64,000 bases of DNA from Polyangiales bacterium (GCA_044229975.1 JBGARZ010000008.1:224001-288000), one strand, 5' to 3'. Shown: positions 49,107 to 58,845, numbered from the stretch's first letter. A program made the numbers and translations. Notes: generated by a model from the sequence alone, not told the origin.

Positions 49107-49757
49107 CTACGGACGCGCGTACACGCCGGTGAGCGTCCCCCACGCGAGCGTGTGCCCGCGCAGCATGAAGCGCACGAGCGCTGCGCTGGCTCCCTCCGGC
49201 GCGCCGAGCTGCGCCGTGTCGAGCGCGTACACGTTGAACCGATACCGGTGCGCGGGCCCCGGCGGCGGGCACGGTCCACCGTACCCGAGCGAGCCGAAGT
49301 CGGTGCGGCCATGGTGGGCGCCCGCGGGCAGCGACCCCTCGGCGCCCGCGTGCTCGGCGAGCGACGTCGTCCCCGCCGGAAGGTCGAACACCACCCAGTG
49401 ATAGAAGCCCGTCCCGGTGGGCGCGTCGGGGTCGTGCACCACCACGGCGACGGAGCGCGTCCCTTCCGGGAGGTTGCTCCACTGGAGCGCCGGCGAGTGG
49501 TTGTCGCCCGTGCAGCCGAAGCCCGAAAACACCGATCCGTTGGGGATGGCAGCGCCCTCGGCAAACGCCGCGCTCGTCACCCGAACCGTCGCGGGAGAGG
49601 GCGTTCCGTCGGCGCGCGTCGCGACGTACGCCACCGAGTCGGCCGTCGCAGAGGTGTCGGTGTGTGAGGCGTTGGTCGTGGTGTGCGCGCACGCAACAAG
49701 CGAGAACGCGGCCAGAAGAGAGAGGCGTCGCATCGAGATGGGTGTCCTTGTTGGCAT
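49107..49757 (-). CDS. YbhB/YbcL (PEBP/RKIP-like) lipoprotein
   Basis: Lipobox LVAC, SPALQW, HDPDAP, YHWVV, GYGGPCPP and HRYRF. Confidence 0.92.
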   Translation of the reverse strand: MPTRTPISMRRLSLLAAFSLVACAHTTTNASHTDTSATADSVAYVATRADGTPSPATVRVTSAAFAEGAAIPNGSVFSGFGCTGDNHSPALQWSNLPEGTRSVAVVVHDPDAPTGTGFYHWVVFDLPAGTTSLAEHAGAEGSLPAGAHHGRTDFGSLGYGGPCPPPGPAHRYRFNVYALDTAQLGAPEGASAALVRFMLRGHTLAWGTLTGVYARP

Positions 49758-49831
49758 GGAGTCGGCCGTCGAAGCGCGCCAACGATAGAGACCCATCACC
49801 GCGACGACCAGTGGGATAGTCGCACCCCACG

Positions 49832-50920
49832 ATGCTCGCCCGCGTGCTCCTCGCCGCCTCGCTGCTCCAGGCCGCGCTCATCTACGTCCCGCTGCCGACC
49901 TGGGCGCTGTGGATGGTTCACTTCGCGGCCGTCGAGGCGTGCCTGCTCGGCGCCGCCACCGGCCTCGCCGCCCTCGCCCTCGGGCGCGGCCAGCCCGTCG
50001 TCCAGGCCCTCGCCGTCGTCGGCATCATCGCCGCCCTTGTCCCCGCACTCGCGGTGCTGCCCCTCTATCGTCGCGAGGCGTCGTCCTTCTCGTTCGTGTC
50101 GTGGCTCACCGGGCGCATCGGTCCGACCGTCGTCGTCGAGCGCGACCTCACCCTCGCCCCGGGTCTGCGCGCCGACCTCTACCGCGCGCCCGGCGCCGGT
50201 CCCCATCCCTTCGTCGTGGTCATCCATGGCGGGAGCTGGCGCTCGGGCGACAAGGGCGACGCCGCACACGTCTCCCACGCCCTCGCCCGCGCGGGCTTCT
50301 CCGTCGTCGACGTGTCGTACCGCCTCGCGCCCGCAGCACCCTTCCCCGCCGCCATCGCCGATGTGAAGTGTCTCCTCGGACAGCTCCGCGCACGCTCCTC
50401 CGAGCTCGGCCTCGACCCCGCGCGCGCCGCCCTCCTCGGCCGTTCGGCGGGCGGTCAGATCGCCCTCGTCTCCGCCTACTCCGACAACACCATCGCCCCC
50501 TCGTGCGAGCTCCCCTCCCCCGCGCTGCCCGTGCGCGCCGTGGTCTCCGTCTACGGGCCCACCGACCTCGCGTGGGGACACGGTCACCCGTTCGTTCCTG
50601 ACGTCGTTCACGGAACCGACGCGCTCGAGACCTACCTCGGCGGCTCACCCCGAACCGCCCCCGACGCCTACCGCCTCGCCACCCCGCAGACCTGGGTCAA
50701 CGACGCCTCTCCCGCGACGCTGCTCGTCCACGGCCTCGGCGAACGCTGCGTGCGCGCCAACCACGCCGAGAAGCTCGCGACGGCGCTTCGCTCCCACGGT
50801 CGCACCGCACGCACGCTCCTCATCCCCTTCGCCGACCACGGCTTCGATGTTCGCCCTGGCGGCTTCGGCGAGCAGCTCGCGCGCGGCGCCATCATCGACT
50901 TCCTCCGGCAACACCTCTGA
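49832..50920 (+). CDS. Membrane-anchored alpha/beta hydrolase (HSL-like esterase)
   Basis: HGGSW, YRLAP, GRSAGG and ADHGF; N-terminal TM segments. Confidence 0.9.
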   Translation: MLARVLLAASLLQAALIYVPLPTWALWMVHFAAVEACLLGAATGLAALALGRGQPVVQALAVVGIIAALVPALAVLPLYRREASSFSFVSWLTGRIGPTVVVERDLTLAPGLRADLYRAPGAGPHPFVVVIHGGSWRSGDKGDAAHVSHALARAGFSVVDVSYRLAPAAPFPAAIADVKCLLGQLRARSSELGLDPARAALLGRSAGGQIALVSAYSDNTIAPSCELPSPALPVRAVVSVYGPTDLAWGHGHPFVPDVVHGTDALETYLGGSPRTAPDAYRLATPQTWVNDASPATLLVHGLGERCVRANHAEKLATALRSHGRTARTLLIPFADHGFDVRPGGFGEQLARGAIIDFLRQHL

Positions 50921-50954
50921 CCACCGTGGCACGCACGCTGCACTTTTCGCGGCG

Positions 50955-52004
50955 ATGCCGGGGAGATGCCACTCGATAGACCGCGCGCACGGACTTGCCG
51001 CGATGGTCGCGGCGGCAGGCGCGTTCGCCCCATGGCCCGGAGTGGCACAGACCCTTGCCGAGACGCGCGTGGAGTTGTCGTGGTCGGCGCCCGGGGGATG
51101 TCCCGACGAGGCCTTCGTGCGGGCGGAGGTCGCGCGCCTGACCCGATCGCAGACGACCGGTGGAGCGCCGCTGCGGGTGCATGCCTCGGTGTCGTCCAGC
51201 GGGCCCGATCGCTGGCGGCTTGAGCTGCGCTCGACGCGCGCCGGTCTCGACACGTCGCGGGTGCTCGAAGGCCCCGCGTGCGCACCGCTCGCCGACGCCG
51301 CGACGCTGATCATCTCGATGATGGTCGACCCCGATGCGGAGCTACCAGCGCCCGCCGAAACACCCGCTCCGCCACCGCCCGTCGCGACGACGGAGCCCGA
51401 CCCACCGCCGACGGTCGCTCCCGTCGTGGCACCTCGTCGACGCCGCGCGCGACGTTCTCATCGCGCGATCGCGCTCGTCCCGACGCGTACTCGCCTTCGC
51501 TTCGTCATCGGCGCAGACGCCGGCCTCGACGTCGGTCTCCTTCCTGGCGCGTCGGTGAGCCTTCGCGGCGCAGCGGGGATCACCTACGGCCCATGGCGCG
51601 TCGAGCTCTCCGGGCAGTACTGGCCGGGGTCGAGCGTGGCGCATCCGACGCGCGCGGGCGTGGGTGGACACTTCTCGCTCGCAGCAGGTGGAGCGACGGC
51701 ATGTCGTGACCTCGCGGCCGGTCGCGTGGCTGCCGTCGGTGTGTGCGCCGGTGTCGAGGTCGGCGCGGTCACCGGAACGTCGTACGGCGTCGCGCTCCCA
51801 GAGACGGTTCGCGCCCCGTGGGCAGCCGCCACTGCGGGAGGCATCGGGACGCTGCGGCTCGGGTCGCGCATCGCGCTGCGGTTGCAGGCGGTGGCGGTGA
51901 TTCCGGTGCTGCGGCCCGACTACCAGCTCGAAAACATCGGAACGGTCCACCGACTGCCCGCGGTGGGATTTCGCGGGCTCTTGGGTATCGAAGTGCACTT
52001 TTGA
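50955..52004 (+). CDS. Secreted protein with predicted C-terminal OM beta-barrel, first gene of ECF cassette
   Basis: WSAP.GCP N-domain, Pro-rich linker, and amphipathic strands ending in C-terminal Phe. Confidence 0.7.
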   Translation: MPGRCHSIDRAHGLAAMVAAAGAFAPWPGVAQTLAETRVELSWSAPGGCPDEAFVRAEVARLTRSQTTGGAPLRVHASVSSSGPDRWRLELRSTRAGLDTSRVLEGPACAPLADAATLIISMMVDPDAELPAPAETPAPPPPVATTEPDPPPTVAPVVAPRRRRARRSHRAIALVPTRTRLRFVIGADAGLDVGLLPGASVSLRGAAGITYGPWRVELSGQYWPGSSVAHPTRAGVGGHFSLAAGGATACRDLAAGRVAAVGVCAGVEVGAVTGTSYGVALPETVRAPWAAATAGGIGTLRLGSRIALRLQAVAVIPVLRPDYQLENIGTVHRLPAVGFRGLLGIEVHF

Positions 52005-52031
52005 TCACGGAGCGAGCCATGCCGCTGCACT
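52005..52031 (+). promoter_or_regulatory. Putative ECF promoter, copy 1 (TCACGG-N16-GCACT)
   Basis: Same bipartite motif and spacing as 53396-53422. Confidence 0.55.
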
Positions 52032-52621
52032 CAGCCGTCGAAGCCCCGTGGGCGTCGCCAGTGGGCCAACCCCCGCCGGCCGTCCGCGACGCACCTCCCA
52101 TGCAACTCGCGGAGATCTACGCCGAGCACTTCGACTTCGTGTGGCGCAGCGTGCGTCGGCTCGGTGTTCCTGAGTCGTCGGTCGACGACGCCGTGCAGGA
52201 CGTCTTCGTGGTGGTGCATCGACGGCTCGATGAGTTCGAAGGGCGCTCGTCGATGAAGACCTGGCTCTTCGCGATCGTGCGCCGCGTGGTGCGCGACCAC
52301 CGCCCCTCCACCCGGCGAACGCTGGTCGAGCCCGCTGCGCTCGAAGCGCTGCCCGACACCGCGAGCGGTCCCATGGAGTGCGCCGCGCAGGCCGAGGCCG
52401 TGCGGCTGCTGTACCGACTGCTCGACGAGCTCGACGCCGACAAGCGCGAGGTCTTCGTGCTCGTGGACCTCGAACAGATGACCGCCCCCGAAGCCGCCGA
52501 GGCCGTCGGCGCCAACGTCAACACCGTCTACGCCCGGCTCCGCGCCGCGCGACGCGACCTCGACGCGGCGATGACCCGGCTGCGAGCGAAGGGCGCGTGG
52601 AGGCAAGCATGCGCGACCTGA
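52019..52621 (+). CDS. ECF RNA polymerase sigma factor (true start may be 52061 or 52100)
   Basis: FDFVWRSVRRLGV, DDAVQDVF, TWLFAI, KREVFVL and NTVYARLRAAR. Confidence 0.92.
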   Translation: MPLHSAVEAPWASPVGQPPPAVRDAPPMQLAEIYAEHFDFVWRSVRRLGVPESSVDDAVQDVFVVVHRRLDEFEGRSSMKTWLFAIVRRVVRDHRPSTRRTLVEPAALEALPDTASGPMECAAQAEAVRLLYRLLDELDADKREVFVLVDLEQMTAPEAAEAVGANVNTVYARLRAARRDLDAAMTRLRAKGAWRQACAT

Positions 52622-53424
52622 ACCCCGACCTGCAGTCCCTCGTCGACGCCACCCGCGACGCCGACGGCCCCCGCCCCGATGACCGCGAGCGCGTCCGCCG
52701 CGCGCTCGCCGCCCAGATCGGCGCGGCCGCCCTCCTCGCCTCGACCGCGGCCACCGGCTCGGCCAGCGCGGCGGGCGCGACGTCGGCCGTCACCGTCGCC
52801 GCCACCGTGACCACCGCCGCGAGTCTCTCGACCAAGCTCGCCGTCGTGGCGCTGCTCGTCGCGGGAGGCGTCGGCACCGTGGCCCTCACGCGCGCCGCCC
52901 GGCCGCGCGTCGTGACGGTGACCGTCCCATCGGTCCCTGACGAGCGGCCGCGTGCTCAGCCGGAGACCTCTGTGGGACGCTCGCCCGCGAGCACGATCAG
53001 CGCCCCGGCGACCGAGGCGCTGCACGTCGACGTTGCGCCCGCGCGCGTCGCGGTTCGCCCGCGGCGCGAAGCGACGGCGGTCGCTGCGCGCGTCGAACAG
53101 CCAGCACCGCCGTCTTCGCTCGTGGCGGAGTTGTCGCTCCTGCGTGCGGCACAAGGCGCGCTGCGAAGCGGCGGGGCAGACCATGCGCTCGACCTGCTCT
53201 CGCAGCATGCGTCGCGCTTCCCCGATGGTGCCTTGCGCGAAGAGCGGCTCGCGTTGCGCGTCGTCGCCCTCTGCGATGCGGGGCGGCGGGCGGAGGCGCG
53301 TGTGCTGGGCGAGGAGTTCGTTCGCGGGGCTCCGCGCTCGGTGCTGGTGGAGCGCGTGCGAGCGAGCTGCGTGGGAGCGGGCACCGTCGATTCGGTCACG
53401 GGCTCCGACCCCTCGCGGCACTGA
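52609..53424 (+). CDS. Putative anti-sigma factor (single TM plus C-terminal TPR-like domain)
   Basis: Ala-rich N-terminus, TM segment, and ELSLLRAAQGAL...FPDGALREERLALRVVALC. Confidence 0.75.
   Translation: MRDLNPDLQSLVDATRDADGPRPDDRERVRRALAAQIGAAALLASTAATGSASAAGATSAVTVAATVTTAASLSTKLAVVALLVAGGVGTVALTRAARPRVVTVTVPSVPDERPRAQPETSVGRSPASTISAPATEALHVDVAPARVAVRPRREATAVAARVEQPAPPSSLVAELSLLRAAQGALRSGGADHALDLLSQHASRFPDGALREERLALRVVALCDAGRRAEARVLGEEFVRGAPRSVLVERVRASCVGAGTVDSVTGSDPSRH
53396..53422 (+). promoter_or_regulatory. Putative ECF promoter, copy 2
   Basis: TCACGG-N16-GCACT about 45 nt upstream of the RBS-bearing ATG at 53466. Confidence 0.55.
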
Positions 53425-53465
53425 GCGGGTGGGCTTCGCTTCACATCGAACAAAGGAGACCGGTC

Positions 53466-54737
53466 ATGACACAACGAACCACTTCCCTGGGCACCGTCGG
53501 CGCGCTCGCGCTCGTCGCGTCGCTCGTCGGGGGCTGCCTCTTCGAGGTTCCATTCGGCAAGGATCGCCCCGACGGCGGTGGTAGCCCCGACGGCGGCGCT
53601 GCGGCGGCCTGCCGTCCATCGGGCTGCTCGGGACAGCTCTGCTCCGACACCGACGAGGCCTCCACCTGCGAGTGGCGCGAGCAGTACGCCTGCTATCGCA
53701 CCGCGACCTGCGAGCGGCAGTCCGACGGTCACTGCGGCTGGACGCCAACCACCGAGCTGACCTCCTGCCTCGCAGGCGGTGGACGGCCCGACGGCGGCGT
53801 CACTCCGCCCGTGTGCCGCACTCCCGATGGCCGGCCGCTCGCGGCGGGCGAGTCGTACAACGACGGCTGCAACGAGTGCCTGTGCACCGAGAGCGGCAGC
53901 ATCGCCTGCACCCGCCGCGCGTGCGTCGACGGCGGCGTAACCCCGCCCGTGTGCCGCACCCCCGACGGCCGGTCGCTGCGCGTCGGCGAGTCGTACTTCG
54001 ACGGATGCAACACCTGCGCGTGCCAGGCCAATGGCCTCCTCGCCTGCACCCTCCGCGCGTGCGAGGACGCGGGCTCTCCCACCGTGTGCCGCACCCCCGA
54101 TGGGCGGTCGCTGTCGGTCGGTGAGCGCTACTACGACGGCTGCAACTACTGCACGTGCGGCGCTGACGGCAGCTTCTCGTGCACCGAGCGGGCGTGCCCT
54201 GACGCGGGCATCCCCGTGGACGCGTGCCACCCGACCGGCTGCTCGGGACAGCTCTGCGCCGAGCACGATGTCGCCTCCACCTGCGAGTGGCGCGAGGAGT
54301 ACGCGTGCTACCGCAGCGCGACCTGCGCGCGACAGGCCGACGGCCTCTGCGGATGGACGCAGACCCCCGAGCTGCGCGCCTGCCTCACGGGGGGCCGCGT
54401 CGACGGCGGCGTGACGCCACCCGTGTGCCGCACGGCGGACGGCCGCACGCTGGCGGTGGGCGAGTCGTACAACGACGGGTGCAACGACTGCACGTGCACC
54501 GCGGGCGGCGGGTTCGCCTGCACCCGCCGGGCGTGCGTGGACGCTGGCATCCCCGTGGACGCGTGCCGCCCGACGGGCTGCTCGGGGCAGATCTGCGCGG
54601 AGCATGCCGTCGCCTCGACCTGCGAGTGGCGCGAGGAGTACGCCTGCTACCGCAGCGCGACCTGCGAGCGCCAGCCCAGCGGCCTCTGCGGTTGGACCCA
54701 GACCCCCGCGCTGCGCGCCTGCCTCGGCACGCCCTGA
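53466..54737 (+). CDS. Cys-rich lipoprotein: three CGCSGQ..STCEWR modules plus four pacifastin-like modules
   Basis: AAGGAG RBS, lipobox VGGC; repeats GCSGQLC...STCEWREEYACY and GESYNDGCNxCxC...CTxRAC. Confidence 0.85.
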   Translation: MTQRTTSLGTVGALALVASLVGGCLFEVPFGKDRPDGGGSPDGGAAAACRPSGCSGQLCSDTDEASTCEWREQYACYRTATCERQSDGHCGWTPTTELTSCLAGGGRPDGGVTPPVCRTPDGRPLAAGESYNDGCNECLCTESGSIACTRRACVDGGVTPPVCRTPDGRSLRVGESYFDGCNTCACQANGLLACTLRACEDAGSPTVCRTPDGRSLSVGERYYDGCNYCTCGADGSFSCTERACPDAGIPVDACHPTGCSGQLCAEHDVASTCEWREEYACYRSATCARQADGLCGWTQTPELRACLTGGRVDGGVTPPVCRTADGRTLAVGESYNDGCNDCTCTAGGGFACTRRACVDAGIPVDACRPTGCSGQICAEHAVASTCEWREEYACYRSATCERQPSGLCGWTQTPALRACLGTP

Positions 54738-55031
54738 TCAATCAGTCAGCACGTACCCCGACGCGTCCATGTCGACGCGATCCTTCGACCGGAACACCAC
54801 TCCCTCGGCGCGCAGCAGTCGCATCTGACGCGCCCTCACCTCCGGCGCGCACGACCCGTCCGCGCGCAACACCCGCCACCACTTCGCCTCTCCGCCCCAG
54901 GTGGACATCACCCGCGCGACCATGCGGGGCCCTGGTCCGCCCAGGTACGCCGAGATGTCCCCGTAGGACATGACCCGCCCACTCGGGATCGCGTCGACGA
55001 GGTCGAGCACCTCCCGCGCGAACGGGGTCAT
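54738..55031 (-). CDS. Alkyltransferase-like protein (MGMT family, ATL)
   Basis: IPSGRVMSYGDI, WWRV in place of PCHR, and LRAEGV. Confidence 0.88.
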   Translation of the reverse strand: MTPFAREVLDLVDAIPSGRVMSYGDISAYLGGPGPRMVARVMSTWGGEAKWWRVLRADGSCAPEVRARQMRLLRAEGVVFRSKDRVDMDASGYVLTD

Positions 55032-55084
55032 CCCCCCGGGGAGATCTTCCGGCGATGCGCCCGGTCGAAGCTTCACGGTGAGCG

Positions 55085-57133
55085 CTACGGCTGGAGCGGC
55101 GCCATCGAGAAGTCGCCGCCGCGGTAGATGCCGACCTTGCGGTTGTTCTCCGTGCCGAGCAGCGAGCAGTTGCCCTGCGCCGCGTACACGTTGCTGGTGC
55201 CGTCGGTGTGGAGGCAGAAGTTGAACGCCGCGCTGTGCAACCGCAGCGGGAAGTTCGGATCGAAGCCGCCCTGGTCGTAGCGCTCCAGGGTCCACTGCTG
55301 GCTGCTGTTGGCGGTGTCGCAGGCCGCCATGCCGATGGTGCCCACCCAGCTCACCGCGGTGAGGCAGCGCATCGTCCCCAGGTTGCGAAACGCCCGCCGA
55401 CCGCTGCCCACGTCGATCACCTCCCAGCGCTGGCTGGCATGCGCCGCCTCGCAGGTGGCGCTGGAGTGGAGCGCCGTGCCGTCGTCGTAGAGGCAACGCC
55501 CCGCTCGCACCTTGATCAGCGAGAACGCCGGCGTGCCCATCGGCGTCGTGTCGCAGGCGTCGCCCTGCCCGTCCATGTCCGCGTCGGCCTGCGTGGCGTT
55601 GGCCGCCATCGGGCAGTTGTCCCTCGCGTCCGCGACACCGTCGCCGTCGCCATCGGGGTCGTTGGCGCTGTCGCACGCGTCGCCCATGCCATCGTGGTCG
55701 GCGTCCTCCTGCGCGGCGTTGGCCACCATCGGGCAGTTGTCCCCCGCATCCGGGACACCGTCCCGATCGCCATCGGTCACGCTGGTCGAGTTGTCGCACG
55801 CGTCGCCTTCGCGATCGAAGTCGGCGTTGGCCTGCGTGGGGTTCGCGACCATCGGGCAGTTGTCGTAGTCGTCGAAGACGCCGTCGCCGTCGCTGTCCAC
55901 GAGGGGCGTCGGGGTCGGCGGGCAGCCGCCCGGCTCGCAGCTCCAGTCGGGGAAGCGATAGTTCACCAGCAGGTTGCCCGGCGCGCACATCTCCTGCTCG
56001 AAGGGGTCGGTCGAGCAGGCGATGGAGAAGTAGCTGCCGGGGCCGCGCACCGAGTCGCGGATCACCACACGCGAGATGGCCGTGCCCGCGAAGTCGCCGC
56101 CGAGCGTGACGGTGCCGCTCTCGGAGCCGTCGCCGCCGAAGTCGGTGTCCTGCGAGATGATGCCGTCGCCCACGAGGCGCACCGGCGACATCCGCGTGGC
56201 CATCGGGTCGGTGCCGCGCGGGTCGCGCGCGTAGTCGTGCACCGGGATCATCACCGTGTTGTCGCAGCCCCGGTAGGTGAAGCGGCTGATGGCGCGCAGA
56301 CCGCTGAGGGAGACGTCCCACTCGACGGTACCGCCGTGCTCACAGTTGCCGCGCCAGTTGTTGGGGCCGCTCGGGTTGCGGCAGCCGTTGAGGCTGCACT
56401 GGATCTCGTCCTTCCACGCGACAAACGCCCGCGCGAGGGTGCCGTTGGTCCACGGGAGCGCGAGGGCGCCGCGCGGCGTCGGGTCGCACGCGTTGCCGAT
56501 GCCGTCGTGGTCGTCGTCGCCCTGGTTGACGTTCCAGACGCGGATGCAGTTGTCGGCGGCGTCGGGTCGGCCGTCGTGGTCTTCGTCGGGCGCGCCCGCG
56601 GCCTCGCAGGCGTCGCCGATCATGTTCATGTTGGCGTCGGCCTGGTCGCGGTTGGCCTGCGTGGGGCAGTTGTCCCGGTTGTCGGGCGCGCCATCACCGT
56701 CGGTGTCGGGCTCGGGCTGCGTGCAGTCGAGGGTGAAGTTGCCCGCCACGGTCTGCACCACGACCCGGTCAGCGACGGGCCAGCCGAACGCGAGCTTGAT
56801 GCCACGAATCGCCGTCGCCGACGTGTCACCCGCGCAGTCGAGGCGGATGACGTGGTCGGGCGCGAGCCACGCGGCCGTCCCACCAACGCATTGGCCGTCC
56901 TGGATGTCGGGCATGGTGCCGTCGGTGGTGAAGCACACCGACCGCTCGGTGATCGCCCCGATGCGCACGGCACCCGTCGGCGCGTGGAAGTTGTGCCCCG
57001 GCCGCGGGTCGAAGATCTCCGCGGGCGACGGAACCTCCGTCGGCGCCTCGCAGCCCGCGCCGAGCGCAAGCGTGAGCGCCACCAGGGTGGCACCCATCGT
57101 CCCGCGCAAACCAGACGTCACGACGCGCAGCAT
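55085..57133 (-). CDS. Lipoprotein with thrombospondin type-3 repeats and C-terminal ricin-B lectin
   Basis: Lipobox GAGC; five DxDGDG..D..DNCP..AN..Q.D.D.D..GDACD-type units; QRW/QQW ricin motifs. Confidence 0.88.
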   Translation of the reverse strand: MLRVVTSGLRGTMGATLVALTLALGAGCEAPTEVPSPAEIFDPRPGHNFHAPTGAVRIGAITERSVCFTTDGTMPDIQDGQCVGGTAAWLAPDHVIRLDCAGDTSATAIRGIKLAFGWPVADRVVVQTVAGNFTLDCTQPEPDTDGDGAPDNRDNCPTQANRDQADANMNMIGDACEAAGAPDEDHDGRPDAADNCIRVWNVNQGDDDHDGIGNACDPTPRGALALPWTNGTLARAFVAWKDEIQCSLNGCRNPSGPNNWRGNCEHGGTVEWDVSLSGLRAISRFTYRGCDNTVMIPVHDYARDPRGTDPMATRMSPVRLVGDGIISQDTDFGGDGSESGTVTLGGDFAGTAISRVVIRDSVRGPGSYFSIACSTDPFEQEMCAPGNLLVNYRFPDWSCEPGGCPPTPTPLVDSDGDGVFDDYDNCPMVANPTQANADFDREGDACDNSTSVTDGDRDGVPDAGDNCPMVANAAQEDADHDGMGDACDSANDPDGDGDGVADARDNCPMAANATQADADMDGQGDACDTTPMGTPAFSLIKVRAGRCLYDDGTALHSSATCEAAHASQRWEVIDVGSGRRAFRNLGTMRCLTAVSWVGTIGMAACDTANSSQQWTLERYDQGGFDPNFPLRLHSAAFNFCLHTDGTSNVYAAQGNCSLLGTENNRKVGIYRGGDFSMAPLQP

Positions 57134-57283
57134 GTTGGGGGGCCCACGTTACGTTCGTCGGCGGGCCCGTGTCAGCGCCCGCGTGGTGGGGAAAACTTTG
57201 TTTGGGTGCCTGCGCTGGGCGTCGGCGCGCCGCGGCTCAACTATTTGCCCGCCGCGGGCGCGCTGACCTACGAAGCGCCCACC

Positions 57284-57943
57284 ATGTCGCTCGCCCTCTA
57301 CGGACATTGCTTCTCGTCGTACACGCAGAAGGTGCTCATCGCGCTGTACGAAAACGGCACGGTGTTCGAGTTTCGCAGCATCGGGCCCGACACGCCGGAG
57401 CACGCGGCCGAGTGGCTGCGGCGCTGGCCGTTGCGGAAGTTCCCGCTGCTGGTGGACGGCGATCGCAGCGTCGTCGAGACGAGCATCATCATCGAGCACC
57501 TCCAGCTCATGCACCCTGGTCCGGTGCGGCTGCTGCCCGCCGACCCGATGGCCGCGCTGGACGTGCGCTTCCTCGACCGCTTCTTCGACCTGCACGTGAT
57601 GAACGCCGCGCAGCACGCCGTCGACGGCGCGCTGACGGGTGACCCGGTGAAGCGCCGAGACGGCATGTCGCTCGCTGTCGAGAAGCTCGAACGTGCCTAC
57701 GGGTGGCTCGAAGGGCACCTCGCCGGCCGCACCTGGGCCGCTGGCGATGAGTTCACGATGGCGGACTGCGCGGCGGCGCCGTCGCTCTTCTACGCTGACT
57801 GGACGCACCGCATCTCGGAGGCGCATCCCGTGCTGCGCGCCTACCGGGCGCGGTTGCTCGCCCGGCCGTCGTTTGCGCGCGCGGTGGACGAGGCGCGGTG
57901 GTTTCGACCGAACTTCCCGCTGGGAGCGCCGGACCGCGATTGA
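57284..57943 (+). CDS. Glutathione S-transferase family protein
   Basis: SSYTQKVLIALYE, KFPLL, ETSIIIE and FTMADCAAAPSLFY. Confidence 0.93.
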   Translation: MSLALYGHCFSSYTQKVLIALYENGTVFEFRSIGPDTPEHAAEWLRRWPLRKFPLLVDGDRSVVETSIIIEHLQLMHPGPVRLLPADPMAALDVRFLDRFFDLHVMNAAQHAVDGALTGDPVKRRDGMSLAVEKLERAYGWLEGHLAGRTWAAGDEFTMADCAAAPSLFYADWTHRISEAHPVLRAYRARLLARPSFARAVDEARWFRPNFPLGAPDRD

Positions 57944-58018
57944 GGCTACGGCGCCGGGCGGTCACACCCACCGGCCGCGCGACCGTTACCCCTTTGGACC
58001 TCCGACCGCGGGCGGTCT

Positions 58019-58845
58019 CTACAACGTCTGGAGGTATGCGGTCAGATCGCTGATCTGCATGGGCGTGAGCCCAGAGGTGCGGCCGTGGCGATCGCCGCCG
58101 CCCGATGGCTCGAATCGCTCTCGCAGCGTAGCCGCGCGGCCATCGTGGAGGTACGGGGCGCGGGCCGCGAGCCCCCTCAGCGACGGCACCTGAAACGCGC
58201 CGCCCGTGCCCACGTCGACGGTCTGGTTGTTCGTCAGCGCGGGGCCGCCGTGGCAGGTGGCGCAGGCCACCGTCGCGTCGTGGAAGAGGGCGTCGCCGCG
58301 CGCGACCGAGAGGTCGTCATCGGCCGGGGAGCGCGGGATCGTCGGTCGAGCTCCGGGTCGGCGGCGACGGCGGCGTGTCCGTCGCGCGTCACGAGCAGCG
58401 TGCCCCCGCTGATGGCCGGGAGCTGCGGCGTCGAGGTGATCGTGCGCGCGGGCGACGACGGCCTGAACCGGGACGGAGCGATGGGCGGTCGTGCGGGCGG
58501 TGGTGCGACGGCGGTCGCCGCGACGCGCGACGGAGCTCGCAGTGGCGACCGCAGCGGTGCAGGTGCCCCATCGGACTCGTGCTGGAGCAACAGATATTGC
58601 ACGGTGTCCAAGCCGCTGATGCGATCGCGAACGGCGAAGCGGCCGCCCCGCGAGGTCGCGGCATCGACGCAAGCGTTGGCGGCTGAGAGCGTCGCTTCCT
58701 CACCGTTCAGGTCGCTACCGTTCACGCACACGACGGCGTCCGACACGACGCGGCTTGCGAGGTCGTCGAACGTCTCACACTGGTCGCCGCACCCAAAGAG
58801 GGTGATGACCGCGAAGGCCCAGAGGCGCCAGGCGGTTGTCGACAT
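58019..58845 (-). pseudogene. Deleted or frameshifted remnant of a cytochrome c (peroxidase-like) lipoprotein
   Basis: One frame gives a lipoprotein start and ISGGTLLVTRDG..AVAADP. A different frame gives RGDALF..CATCH..VPSLRG..APYLHDG. Confidence 0.6.

Noticed and set aside
53466..54737. Diversity-generating retroelement template/variable repeats
   Set aside because: The repeats are in-frame domain duplications, differences are not adenine-specific, and no reverse transcriptase is present.
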